A DNA stretch of 64,000 bases from an uncultured Gammaproteobacteria bacterium (GTDB lineage Bacteria; Patescibacteriota; Patescibacteriia; Patescibacteriales; GWC2-42-12), in the NCBI GenBank assembly GCA_964560005.1, contig CAZLKB010000002.1:64381-128380 (forward strand), read 5' to 3'. Both the position numbers and the translations under genes were made by a program. The notes beneath the pieces were generated by a model. It saw only the letters and a list, made by a program, of their open reading frames with translations. It was not told the DNA's origin and searched no databases. This document shows, one piece after another, positions 36,295 to 44,945 of the stretch; within the stretch, counting starts at the first letter, position 1; every line of letters starts with the position of its first letter.

Positions 36295-37806
36295 TTACCT
36301 GCTAGTTAGGTTCAATTTTTTCGCTATCAGATCGGTTATAGGAAGTAGTTGGTCCTTTTTGGTTTTAAGCTGACCGCCGCCTTCAATATCCCAAAGTTGT
36401 ATTAAGTCAACATCAACGCTTTCAGAATGAATAGCCGTTAAAAAATTAACCAGGGAGTCTTCGTTGTGTTTGAAATTTTCCAATTGCCCCTTAACGATAA
36501 AAGGCAGTTGTTCTATAGCAACGCATTTTTTAACCATAGGCAGGCGGCTATAAAAAACGTCGCTAAAAACAATAACCGGTTTTTTTAGCTGAACAGCCTC
36601 CCAGCCGGCCGTGCCACTGATTGTGATGATTAATTTAGCCTTATTTATTAAAGAAAGGCCGTCAACCTCCGGTTTTATCAGTTTTACATTAGGTATTTTT
36701 TTAAGCTCTTTGTAAAAGCTTCTTGAACGATTGCCGTGCATGCTCGGATGTTCTTTGATATAGAGTTTAAAATTTAAGGGCAAAGAACGCGCCGTTTGCT
36801 TTATCAGCCAGAGCTGGTCTTTGTAGAAAGGGGCGAAAAGCAGAATGGCAATTTCCGGCTCTTGATGAATGGGATAGTAGGCGAAGTCTTCGCCAGGCGT
36901 CATTTCGTCATAAAGATCATTGTAGCCGATTAAAACCCTGATTTTCTTTTTAAAATTATCCCAGATTTGCACAAAGGGATTGATATTGCTATAGTCTTTT
37001 CGGTTCGGGTTGTTTAAATAGCGAATAATTGTTTTTAGGCGCCAAAAAATGGACCAGATTAATTTTTGAGGAAGCAGGAAATTAAATTGTCGGCGCCGAT
37101 TTATTGGCCTGGACTGAGGCAAATCGATTGAGCAATAAGGCTGAAGATTTTCGCGGAATTTTTTTAATTCCGCAGTGGCGCAGGCTTGTTTTTCGGGGAG
37201 CGAAACTTGGCCAGACTGGAGTCTTTCAAATAGGCCGTTGACGTAACTGAAATTAAAAGGATTATCGCTTAGAGTGTGTTTAATCTTAGTGCGGGTGTTG
37301 TGGATAATAAGAGTTTTTATATTTTTTTTCTTCGCCATTTCATATAAAAGCAGTCCGCTGATCGATCCGACAACAGAAAAAATAATTGCGTTAGGTTTTT
37401 CTTCGTCTAAGAATCTAATTATTGCTTTAGCCGTGACCTGGATAATTTTTATCATCTCCTCATGAGAGTAGGGGGGAGTATCGTGAGGCAGAGCCCTGAT
37501 GAATTGGCCATAGCGGATAATTCGGTCAAGCTCGAGGTAGGGCCATAAATTAGGCAGGCCGTATTCAGACTCTAATTTTTTGATGAATTTCCAGTTAAGA
37601 GTTTCGGTTTTATATCGGCCGATGATATCCTCATCTAATAGAATTTTACTAAAGCTGGGCGAGGTTTGATTTTTAATAAAATTATAACTTTCTCGCGTAA
37701 GAATGTAACCGCAAAATCCCGAGATATTATACTTTTGGTATAGTTGAGCGGCTAGGACGTATCCGATATAGGCAAAACGACGTTGTAAAAAAAAACAAAT
37801 TTTCAT
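36295..37806 (-). CDS. Capsule-synthesis (KpsC/KpsS-like, HP-motif) GT-B glycosyltransferase
   Basis: YIKEHPSMHG (HP motif) and TISGTAGWEAVQLKKPVIVFSDVFY resemble the KpsC/KpsS HP and S-x-x-G-F/W-E-A-L signatures. Paralog of 48106..49521. One of only two minus-strand genes in the locus. Confidence 0.6.
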   Translation of the reverse strand: MKICFFLQRRFAYIGYVLAAQLYQKYNISGFCGYILTRESYNFIKNQTSPSFSKILLDEDIIGRYKTETLNWKFIKKLESEYGLPNLWPYLELDRIIRYGQFIRALPHDTPPYSHEEMIKIIQVTAKAIIRFLDEEKPNAIIFSVVGSISGLLLYEMAKKKNIKTLIIHNTRTKIKHTLSDNPFNFSYVNGLFERLQSGQVSLPEKQACATAELKKFRENLQPYCSIDLPQSRPINRRRQFNFLLPQKLIWSIFWRLKTIIRYLNNPNRKDYSNINPFVQIWDNFKKKIRVLIGYNDLYDEMTPGEDFAYYPIHQEPEIAILLFAPFYKDQLWLIKQTARSLPLNFKLYIKEHPSMHGNRSRSFYKELKKIPNVKLIKPEVDGLSLINKAKLIITISGTAGWEAVQLKKPVIVFSDVFYSRLPMVKKCVAIEQLPFIVKGQLENFKHNEDSLVNFLTAIHSESVDVDLIQLWDIEGGGQLKTKKDQLLPITDLIAKKLNLTSR

Positions 37807-37840
37807 AAACTATAAAAATAATCTGGTAAATTATATTTTT

Positions 37841-37869
37841 AATATATCATTTAAAATCGCTAAGGTCAA
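37841..37869 (-). promoter_or_regulatory. Sigma70-like promoter for 36295..37806
   Basis: On the minus strand: TTGACC (plus 37864-37869), 17-nt spacer, TATATT (plus 37841-37846). Confidence 0.45.
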
Positions 37870-37886
37870 GTAAAATTAAATGACCG

Positions 37887-37925
37887 TTGACACCAGTTGA
37901 CACTTTTTGCTACTTCGATTAAAAT
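37887..37925 (+). promoter_or_regulatory. Promoter with tandem TTGACAC repeat; near-leaderless start for the HTH gene
   Basis: TTGACAC (37887-37893), cag, TTGACAC (37897-37903). From the second TTGACA, a 17-nt spacer leads to TAAAAT (37920-37925), and the ATG lies 8 nt further on at 37934. Confidence 0.6.
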
Positions 37926-37933
37926 AGCAGTAT

Positions 37934-38182
37934 ATGACTGAAGAAATAAAATCAAACGCGGTTTATACCACATCTGAAACGCAAAAATTGCTTAAGATAA
38001 GCAATAGCACGATTAAGCGCATGCTTAAGAAGGGCCTGATTAAAGCTAATAAAGTCGGCGGACAATATCGTATTATGGGTAAAGAAATTCTTCGCTTAGT
38101 CTCACCAGAGATTGAAAAACGAGCAATACAATCTTATTTAAATATTAAGCAGAAAGTCGTTGATAGGATAAATAAGTGGTAA
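37934..38182 (+). CDS. Small helix-turn-helix DNA-binding protein (excisionase/MerR-like HTH_17)
   Basis: 82 aa. YTTSETQKLLKISNSTIKRMLKKGLIKANKVGGQYRI matches the excisionase-family HTH pattern. Confidence 0.75.
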   Translation: MTEEIKSNAVYTTSETQKLLKISNSTIKRMLKKGLIKANKVGGQYRIMGKEILRLVSPEIEKRAIQSYLNIKQKVVDRINKW

Positions 38183-38185
38183 ATT

Positions 38186-39982
38186 GTGTATTTATTTATG
38201 GTGATAAAAAATAAATTTTTCAATTTTTCTAAAATTTTTTATCGGGCTTATTGGGGATATAAGAAACAAATTTTAGCCCTAACCGTTTTGGGATTTTTAA
38301 GCACCTTACTCGAGGGTATCGGCATCAATGCCGCTATCCCCATCTATTCTTTTATCACCGGTACCGGCAGTAAAGCTAACGATATAATTTCCAAGCTAAT
38401 CGTAAAGTTTTTTAATTTTTTTCATTTAAATTATAGCTTGAAATTTTTATTCATTTTTGTCTGTTTTTTGCTCATCTTCAGGGTGCTGATTCTGCTATTA
38501 TCGAATTATATTAAAATCAGAATTGCCGCAGTTTATGAAGAAAAAACCAGAATAAAGCTGTTTAAGCTTACGGCCGAAGCCAACTGGCAATTTCTTTTAA
38601 AGCAAAAATTGGGTTATCTGGATACAATTTTAATAACTAATGTTCAGTATGGCAGCCTGTTATTGCAATATATAAGCAACAGTTTAATGATAATTGCCAG
38701 TTTGGTAGTTTTCCTTTTAGTAGCTATAAATATTTCTTGGTTTATTACTCTTATCACCATAGCTTTGGGGGGCGTGGTGTTTTTTATTTTTAAGCCTTTT
38801 TTATATAAAACCAGATCTTTATCTCGGGAGCGGGAAAAAATCAACCGGCTGACCGCTCATCATGTCAATGAAAATATTTTAGGCATGAAAACCATTAAAG
38901 TAATGTCGGCCGGCGGCAATATTATCGATAAAGCCAGAGAATACTTTGAAAAACTAAGAGAGCTGGCTATTAAAACTACTTTTTTAAGCATAATTACCGA
39001 CGCCTTAATTCAGCCGATCGGTTTATTTTTTGTCTTTATTATTTTTGCCATTTCCTATAAAACCAACTCATTTAATTTCGCCGCCTTAGCCGCTATCATC
39101 TATTTGATTTCCAGGATATTCACTTATACTCAGCAGCTGCAAAGCACTCTTTATGCCGCGGTTACCGCTGTCCCGTATGTGCAAAAGATGCTTGATTATA
39201 GCGACGATGTATTGAAGCATAGGGAAATCGATAACGGCGCCTCTAGTTTTAAATTTGAAGACTCGCTGGAGTTAAAACATATCGGATTTAATTATGTTGA
39301 CGGAAAAAATGTTCTGGCCGATGTAAATTTTATTTTAAAAAAGGGAGAAATGGTGGGTTTGATCGGTCCGTCGGGCGCGGGAAAAACCACTATCGTTGAT
39401 ATAATGCTAAGGTTATTCAACCCGGTAAAAGGAGAAATTTTACTGGATGGAAAAAATATCGACGAAATCCATCTTGATGAATGGAGAAAAAACATCGGTT
39501 ATGTCTCGCAAGACATTTTTCTAAAAAACGATACCATCGCCAATAATATAAAATTTTATAGCGGATCGATAACCGATCAAAAAATGGAACAAGCCGCTAA
39601 AATGGCCAATATTGATGAGTTTATCCAAAGTTGTCCGGAAAAGTATGGCACGGTTATCGGCGAGCGAGGCTTACTTTTATCTGCCGGGCAAAGGCAAAGA
39701 ATAATTATCGCCAGAATTTTAGCCCGACAACCAAAAATTTTAATTCTTGATGAAGCCACCAGCGCGCTGGACAATGAGTCGGAAGTTCAAATCCAGGGAG
39801 TAATAGAAAATTTAAAGAATAAGGTTACCGTTTTATTGATTGCCCATCGTTTATCTACGGTGATGAATTGCACTAAACTATTGGTCTTGCAGGAGGGAGA
39901 AATTAAAGAGCAGGGTTCTCCCTTTGAATTGCTTAAGGACAAAAACTCCTATTTTTATAAAGTCAGTAATATTAGGCAATAA
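38186..39982 (+). CDS. ABC exporter, fused permease-ATPase (MsbA/PglK-like)
   Basis: Six-TM N-terminal half. Walker A GPSGAGKTT, signature LSAGQRQR, Walker B ILILDEATSALD. Start is the GTG at 38186 or the in-frame ATG at 38198. Confidence 0.9.
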   Translation: MYLFMVIKNKFFNFSKIFYRAYWGYKKQILALTVLGFLSTLLEGIGINAAIPIYSFITGTGSKANDIISKLIVKFFNFFHLNYSLKFLFIFVCFLLIFRVLILLLSNYIKIRIAAVYEEKTRIKLFKLTAEANWQFLLKQKLGYLDTILITNVQYGSLLLQYISNSLMIIASLVVFLLVAINISWFITLITIALGGVVFFIFKPFLYKTRSLSREREKINRLTAHHVNENILGMKTIKVMSAGGNIIDKAREYFEKLRELAIKTTFLSIITDALIQPIGLFFVFIIFAISYKTNSFNFAALAAIIYLISRIFTYTQQLQSTLYAAVTAVPYVQKMLDYSDDVLKHREIDNGASSFKFEDSLELKHIGFNYVDGKNVLADVNFILKKGEMVGLIGPSGAGKTTIVDIMLRLFNPVKGEILLDGKNIDEIHLDEWRKNIGYVSQDIFLKNDTIANNIKFYSGSITDQKMEQAAKMANIDEFIQSCPEKYGTVIGERGLLLSAGQRQRIIIARILARQPKILILDEATSALDNESEVQIQGVIENLKNKVTVLLIAHRLSTVMNCTKLLVLQEGEIKEQGSPFELLKDKNSYFYKVSNIRQ

Positions 39983-39994
39983 AATTACGTAATT

Positions 39995-40735
39995 ATGGAT
40001 TTTAATAATAAAAAATTAAAATTTTTAGCTGTGATTCCGGCTCGATCGGGCAGCAAGGGAATTAAAGGAAAAAATATTCGGCTGTTTGGCGGAAAATCTT
40101 TAATAGCTCATGCTATCGGCTGCGCAAAAAAATCTAAGTATATCAATCGTTTGATCGTATCAACTGATTCCAATGAAATTGCCGTGGTTTCAAAAAAATA
40201 TGGCGCCGAGGTTCCATTTTTGCGCCCGGCAAAATTAGCCAAAGACGACAGTCCGGTAGTGGAGTCGGTTCTGCATCTGTTATCTTTTTTGGGTAAAAAA
40301 GAAAATTATTTTCCGGATTTTTTAATTTTACTGCAAACCACTTCGCCCCTTAGAATGCCGGAAGATATAGACGGTGCGATTGAGTTATTGCTTAACGGCG
40401 GATGCAATGCGGTGGTTACCGTTTGCGCTACCGAACAGCTACTTTTTATTAAAGACGAGTTTAAGAGATTAAAATTGGTTTCTAAAAAAGATTTTATGAA
40501 AACATCCAATCGTCAGTATCTGCCGACTACTTACAAACTCGATGGTTCGATGGTCTATGCAATAAAGACTAAAGAATTTTTAAAAAGAAAGTCCTTTTTA
40601 AAGGGGAAATTGGCCGGTTATGTTATTCCGCGATGGCGTGCTTTGGATTTAGATGAACCGCAGGATTTTGTCACCGGAGAAATAATTTTTAAAAAATTTG
40701 AGCAAATTAATAAATTAATTAACACTTTTAAATAA
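39995..40735 (+). CDS. CMP-nonulosonic acid synthetase (acylneuraminate cytidylyltransferase family)
   Basis: AVIPARSGSKGIKGKNI and LLQTTSPLR motifs of the CTP_transf_3/NeuA family. Confidence 0.85.
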   Translation: MDFNNKKLKFLAVIPARSGSKGIKGKNIRLFGGKSLIAHAIGCAKKSKYINRLIVSTDSNEIAVVSKKYGAEVPFLRPAKLAKDDSPVVESVLHLLSFLGKKENYFPDFLILLQTTSPLRMPEDIDGAIELLLNGGCNAVVTVCATEQLLFIKDEFKRLKLVSKKDFMKTSNRQYLPTTYKLDGSMVYAIKTKEFLKRKSFLKGKLAGYVIPRWRALDLDEPQDFVTGEIIFKKFEQINKLINTFK

Positions 40736-40753
40736 AAATTAATTAAGAATTTT

Positions 40754-42067
40754 ATGCTAGTTAAAGAAGTTAAACAATTATTGGCTCGTCGTCATGATTT
40801 AATTCCCGGTGGCGCCCATACCTACTCAAAAGGTGATGATCAATTTCCCGCTAATGCACCCAAGGCGATCTTAAAAGGGAAAGGCTGCTATGTTTGGGGA
40901 GATGACGGGAAAAAATACTTGGATTGGTGTATGGGATTAAGAGCGGTTTCTTTAGGGCACTGCTATCCGGCGGTTAATAAAGCCGTTTTGGCACAAATGA
41001 ATGAAGGGACAAATTTTGGTCGTCCTCATATTAGCGAGTTTGAGCTAGCAGACTTTTTGACAAAAATTTTACCTAATGCGGAAATGGTTAAATTTACTAA
41101 AAATGGCTCAACGGCAACTTCAGCCGCTACTAAATTAGCGCGAGCCTATACCGGACGAAAATATATTGCGGTTTGTAGCAGTCATCCGTTTTTTAGCTAT
41201 GACGATTGGTTTATAGGCACAACTGCCTGTAGCGCGGGCATACCGGAAGAGATAAAAAAATTAACGCTGACTTTTCAATTTAATGACATTGCTAGCTTGG
41301 AAATTTTATTTAAAAAATATCCGGGCCAGATAGCCTGTGTAATTATGGAGGTGGTTACTACCGAAGAGCCGCGGGATAATTTTTTAATTAAGGCGCAAAA
41401 TTTAGTGAAAAAAATGGGTGCTGTTTTTATTCTAGATGAAATGATTACCGGTTTTAGATTTGACCTTAAAGGGGCACAATATCTCTATGGCCTGGAGCCG
41501 GATTTAACTACTTATGGAAAAAGCATCGCCAACGGATATTCATTGGCTGTTTTGGCGGGAAAAAAGAAAATAATGAAGCTTGGCGGATTGCAGCATAATA
41601 AAGAAAAAGTGTTTTTAATCTCAACTACTCATGGAGCGGAAACTATTGCGCTGGCGGCGGCTATGGCGACTATCAAAGAAATGAAGCTAAAAAGAGTGCA
41701 GACCAATTTTTGGAAAATGGGAGAAAAATTAAAAAGTGGTTTGGCCGGAATAATAAAAAATCATGGCTTGGAAAATTCGGTCAAAGTGATTGGGTTCGCT
41801 CCTAATTTAAGTATGAGTTTTACGGATAACCGAGGAGCCATATCGTTGGAGTTGAAGACGATTTTTTTGCAGGAGGTCATAAAACGAGGTATTCTCTTTC
41901 AAGGGTATTTCGCCATTTCATACTCGCATAAAGAAAAAGAAATTGCTAAGACCCTGTCGGTTATGGACGAAGCTCTAGCCGTTTACAAGAAAGCTTTTGC
42001 TTGCGGAGACTATAAAAAGTTTCTTACAGGAGAAGCGGTTAAGCCAGTTTTTAGGAAATATAATTAA
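40754..42067 (+). CDS. Class III PLP aminotransferase (glutamate-1-semialdehyde aminomutase-like)
   Basis: LIPGGAHTYSKG, FILDEMITGFR and TYGKSIANGY (PLP lysine region) resemble HemL-like enzymes. Paralog at 55458. Confidence 0.8.
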   Translation: MLVKEVKQLLARRHDLIPGGAHTYSKGDDQFPANAPKAILKGKGCYVWGDDGKKYLDWCMGLRAVSLGHCYPAVNKAVLAQMNEGTNFGRPHISEFELADFLTKILPNAEMVKFTKNGSTATSAATKLARAYTGRKYIAVCSSHPFFSYDDWFIGTTACSAGIPEEIKKLTLTFQFNDIASLEILFKKYPGQIACVIMEVVTTEEPRDNFLIKAQNLVKKMGAVFILDEMITGFRFDLKGAQYLYGLEPDLTTYGKSIANGYSLAVLAGKKKIMKLGGLQHNKEKVFLISTTHGAETIALAAAMATIKEMKLKRVQTNFWKMGEKLKSGLAGIIKNHGLENSVKVIGFAPNLSMSFTDNRGAISLELKTIFLQEVIKRGILFQGYFAISYSHKEKEIAKTLSVMDEALAVYKKAFACGDYKKFLTGEAVKPVFRKYN

Positions 42068-42079
42068 TTTAGAATAAAT

Positions 42080-42883
42080 ATGATTGGTGGAAAAATAAAA
42101 GCGGCTCTGGGTCAGATGAAAATTATTTGGCAAGACAAAAGGAAAAATAGCGACAAATGCGAAATTATGGTACAACGGGCTTCGCGAGCGAAAGCTGATG
42201 TCGTTATATTTCCGGAACTTACCTTAACCGGATTTACAATGAATGTAAGAAAGGCGGCTGAGGATGTTGGCCATAGCCCCACCGTATCATTTTTTAAAGG
42301 GTTAGCCATAAAATATAAAATTAATATTGTTTTCGGTGTTGCTTTTAAATTTAAAGATGGAAAAAGGGGGCGGAATATGGCAATGATGATTGATGCTTCA
42401 GGCAGACTGCGCGCTAAATATCAGAAGATCCACCCGTTTAGTTTTGCTCGAGAGGAAAAATATTACCTTCCAGGAGATAAATTATCTTTGTTCAAAATAA
42501 AAAGATTTAAATGCGCCTTGGCTATTTGTTATGATTTGCGTTTCCCCGGTCTTTTTGAGGCGCTGGCGAAGCATCGGCCGGACATCGTAATAATTATAGC
42601 CAATTGGCCGAAAGCTAGGATCAGGCATTGGCAAACTCTTTTATCCGCCAGGTCGCTTGATATGCAATCTTATATCATCGGAGTTAATCGGGTTGGCAAG
42701 GGAATAAATTTGGAATATAACGGATATTCAAGCGTTTATTCTTTTAAGGGAGAAAAATTGGTAGAATACAAAAATAAAGAAACGTTGGGTTTTGTTAATT
42801 TAGAAAAAAAAGCAGTTGACCATTATAGGCGCGTCTTTACTTCCTTGCGAGATAAAAGGCATTATTTATATTTATCATTATAA
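42080..42883 (+). CDS. Carbon-nitrogen hydrolase (nitrilase superfamily)
   Basis: E-K-C triad contexts FPELTLTGF, YQKIHPF and ALAICYDLRFP. Confidence 0.8.
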   Translation: MIGGKIKAALGQMKIIWQDKRKNSDKCEIMVQRASRAKADVVIFPELTLTGFTMNVRKAAEDVGHSPTVSFFKGLAIKYKINIVFGVAFKFKDGKRGRNMAMMIDASGRLRAKYQKIHPFSFAREEKYYLPGDKLSLFKIKRFKCALAICYDLRFPGLFEALAKHRPDIVIIIANWPKARIRHWQTLLSARSLDMQSYIIGVNRVGKGINLEYNGYSSVYSFKGEKLVEYKNKETLGFVNLEKKAVDHYRRVFTSLRDKRHYLYLSL

Positions 42884-42893
42884 AATTAACATT

Positions 42894-43895
42894 ATGAAAT
42901 TTTTGCAAATCGGTTTAGGATCAATGGGTAAAAGAAGAATCAGAAATTTATTATTTCATAAAATAAATAAGGATAATATTTATGGTTTTGATATTTCCTC
43001 TAAGCGATGTGATGAAGTCGCTAAAGAGTATGGGATTAAAACTATAAATAATTTCAATCAGGCGCTTAAAGAATTCAAGCCGGACGCTTTTATAATCTCC
43101 ACGCCGCCCGACTTGCACGAGCGATACTTTTTATATGCCGCCAAGCATAAATTGCATTTTTTTACGGAAGTACCGACCACCGATAAGGGTTATAAAGAAT
43201 TAATGCCGCTGTTAAATAAAAGCTTCGTAGCCGCGCCGTCCTGCACTTTCCGCTACGTTCCGGCGATAAAAAAGATCAAAGAATTGTTATATAAAGGCAC
43301 AATCGGAAAAGTGTTGTCTTTTAATCATTATTTAGGTCAGTATTTGCCCGATTGGCATCCTTATGAGGATTATCGCCGGATATATTTTGCCCAGAAAGAA
43401 ACCGGCGGTTGTCGTGAGTTTTTACCGCATGAGCTTGTTTGGCTGGCTGACATTTTTCGAAGCAAAACAGATAAAGCGATTGGAGTATATAATAAAATTT
43501 CTAAACTAAAAATTTCAGCCGATGATATTTATTGCGTTATCGTGCAATTTAAAAATGGCGTTATCGGCAACATGATGATTGATCTATTAAACAGAGCGGC
43601 ATCCAGGACTTTGCGCATTATCGGTAGTGAAGGAACTTTAGATTGGGACTGGTTGAATTATGAAATAAAATTGCATTTACCAGATAAAAAAGAAAAAATA
43701 ATAAAGTTACCAAACATAAAAAAACTTGCCCATTATAATACAACGGAAGACATATATAGAGCGGAAATGAAAGATTTTTTATTAGCAATTGCGAGGCGCA
43801 AAAAATTTCCGTATACTTTCAAGGAAAATTGGGGGATGTTAAAAGTTTTTTATAAAGTTGACGGTAACCACAAAAAGTATTTTGTTAAAGTTTAA
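42894..43895 (+). CDS. Gfo/Idh/MocA-family oxidoreductase
   Basis: I place the start at the ATG at 42894 (MKFLQIGLGSMGKRR, Rossmann N-terminus). The track start at 42816 overlaps the upstream gene. Confidence 0.75.
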   Translation: MKFLQIGLGSMGKRRIRNLLFHKINKDNIYGFDISSKRCDEVAKEYGIKTINNFNQALKEFKPDAFIISTPPDLHERYFLYAAKHKLHFFTEVPTTDKGYKELMPLLNKSFVAAPSCTFRYVPAIKKIKELLYKGTIGKVLSFNHYLGQYLPDWHPYEDYRRIYFAQKETGGCREFLPHELVWLADIFRSKTDKAIGVYNKISKLKISADDIYCVIVQFKNGVIGNMMIDLLNRAASRTLRIIGSEGTLDWDWLNYEIKLHLPDKKEKIIKLPNIKKLAHYNTTEDIYRAEMKDFLLAIARRKKFPYTFKENWGMLKVFYKVDGNHKKYFVKV

Positions 43896-43904
43896 TTTAA
43901 GTTT

Positions 43905-44945
43905 ATGACAAATTATGTTACTATAGGGAAACGTAAAATTGGATCCAGTTTTCCACCATTGGTAATAGCGGAAATTGGTATTAATCATGAAGGCAGCATA
44001 CTAAAAGCCAGGCGGATGATTAGGGACGCGTATTTAGCTGGCGCCGAATGTGTTAAATTCCAATGCCATATAGTGGAAGATGAAATGGTGCCGATTGCCA
44101 AAAAAATTATTCCCGGCCACGCCAAAGAATCTATCTGGGACATCATGAAAAAATGCGCCTTTTCCGAGAGACAAGACCGCGAGCTTAAAAAATACGTTGA
44201 AAGCCTGGGTATGATTTATTTGTCCACGCCTTTTTCCCGCGCCGGCGCTGATCGCCTGCAGAAGATGAAAGTTAAGGCTTTTAAAATCGGTTCAGGCGAA
44301 TGCAATAATTATCCTCTGGTTGAGCATATTGCCAAATTCGGCCGGCCGGTAATTCTAAGTACGGGCATGAATAATCTGGCATCCATAAAAAAGAGCTTGG
44401 CGATTATTGGAAAACATAAAATACCGTACGCCATTTTAAATTGCACCTCCATGTACCCGGCGCCGTATGAAAAAGTGCGTTTAGGCGTGATTTTAGAACT
44501 GGAAAAGGCCTTTCCTAAAGCTGTTATCGGTTTAAGCGACCATTCAATCGGTAATTACGCTTGTTTCGGGGCCGTGGCCTTAGGCGCGAGCATACTGGAA
44601 AAGCATTTTACCTCATCAAAAAAATGGCCGGGTCCGGATATCGCTTTGTCGATTAACCCCCGTGAATTAAAAGATTTAATTTTTGGGGTAAAAGCGGTTT
44701 GGCAATCTCTGGGCGGCGAAAAAAATATTTTGCCGGAAGAAGAAGGAATTATTAAATTCGCTTACGCCTGCGTGGTTTCAATCAAAGATATTAATAGGGG
44801 CGAGAAATTAAGCGAAAAAAATATTTGGGTTAAGCGACCGGGAACCGGAGAAATCAAAGCGATTGAATATGATAAAATTATAGGCAAACATGCTAGTAAA
44901 GATATAAAAAAAGACGTTCAGTTAAAATTCAAAGATATCTTATGA
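43905..44945 (+). CDS. neuB: N-acylneuraminate (nonulosonate) synthase, NeuB family with SAF domain (LegI-like)
   Basis: LVIAEIGINHEGS, KFQCH, KIGSGECNNYPL and LSDHS motifs. The C-terminal SAF-like tail ends in an ATGA overlap with neuC. Confidence 0.9.
   Translation: MTNYVTIGKRKIGSSFPPLVIAEIGINHEGSILKARRMIRDAYLAGAECVKFQCHIVEDEMVPIAKKIIPGHAKESIWDIMKKCAFSERQDRELKKYVESLGMIYLSTPFSRAGADRLQKMKVKAFKIGSGECNNYPLVEHIAKFGRPVILSTGMNNLASIKKSLAIIGKHKIPYAILNCTSMYPAPYEKVRLGVILELEKAFPKAVIGLSDHSIGNYACFGAVALGASILEKHFTSSKKWPGPDIALSINPRELKDLIFGVKAVWQSLGGEKNILPEEEGIIKFAYACVVSIKDINRGEKLSEKNIWVKRPGTGEIKAIEYDKIIGKHASKDIKKDVQLKFKDIL

Noticed and set aside
37934-38182. An excisionase-like HTH could mark a prophage or integrative element boundary.
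   Set aside because: No integrase, recombinase, att-like direct repeats, tRNA target or phage genes are nearby. Small HTH_17 proteins also act as ordinary regulators.
33842-39982. B12-radical SAM genes plus an ABC exporter and a small ORF could suggest a RiPP (modified peptide) gene cluster.
   Set aside because: No plausible precursor peptide, leader peptidase, C39 peptidase domain on the ABC protein or RiPP recognition element was seen. The small ORF is a clear HTH protein, and every neighbour is a sugar-pathway gene.
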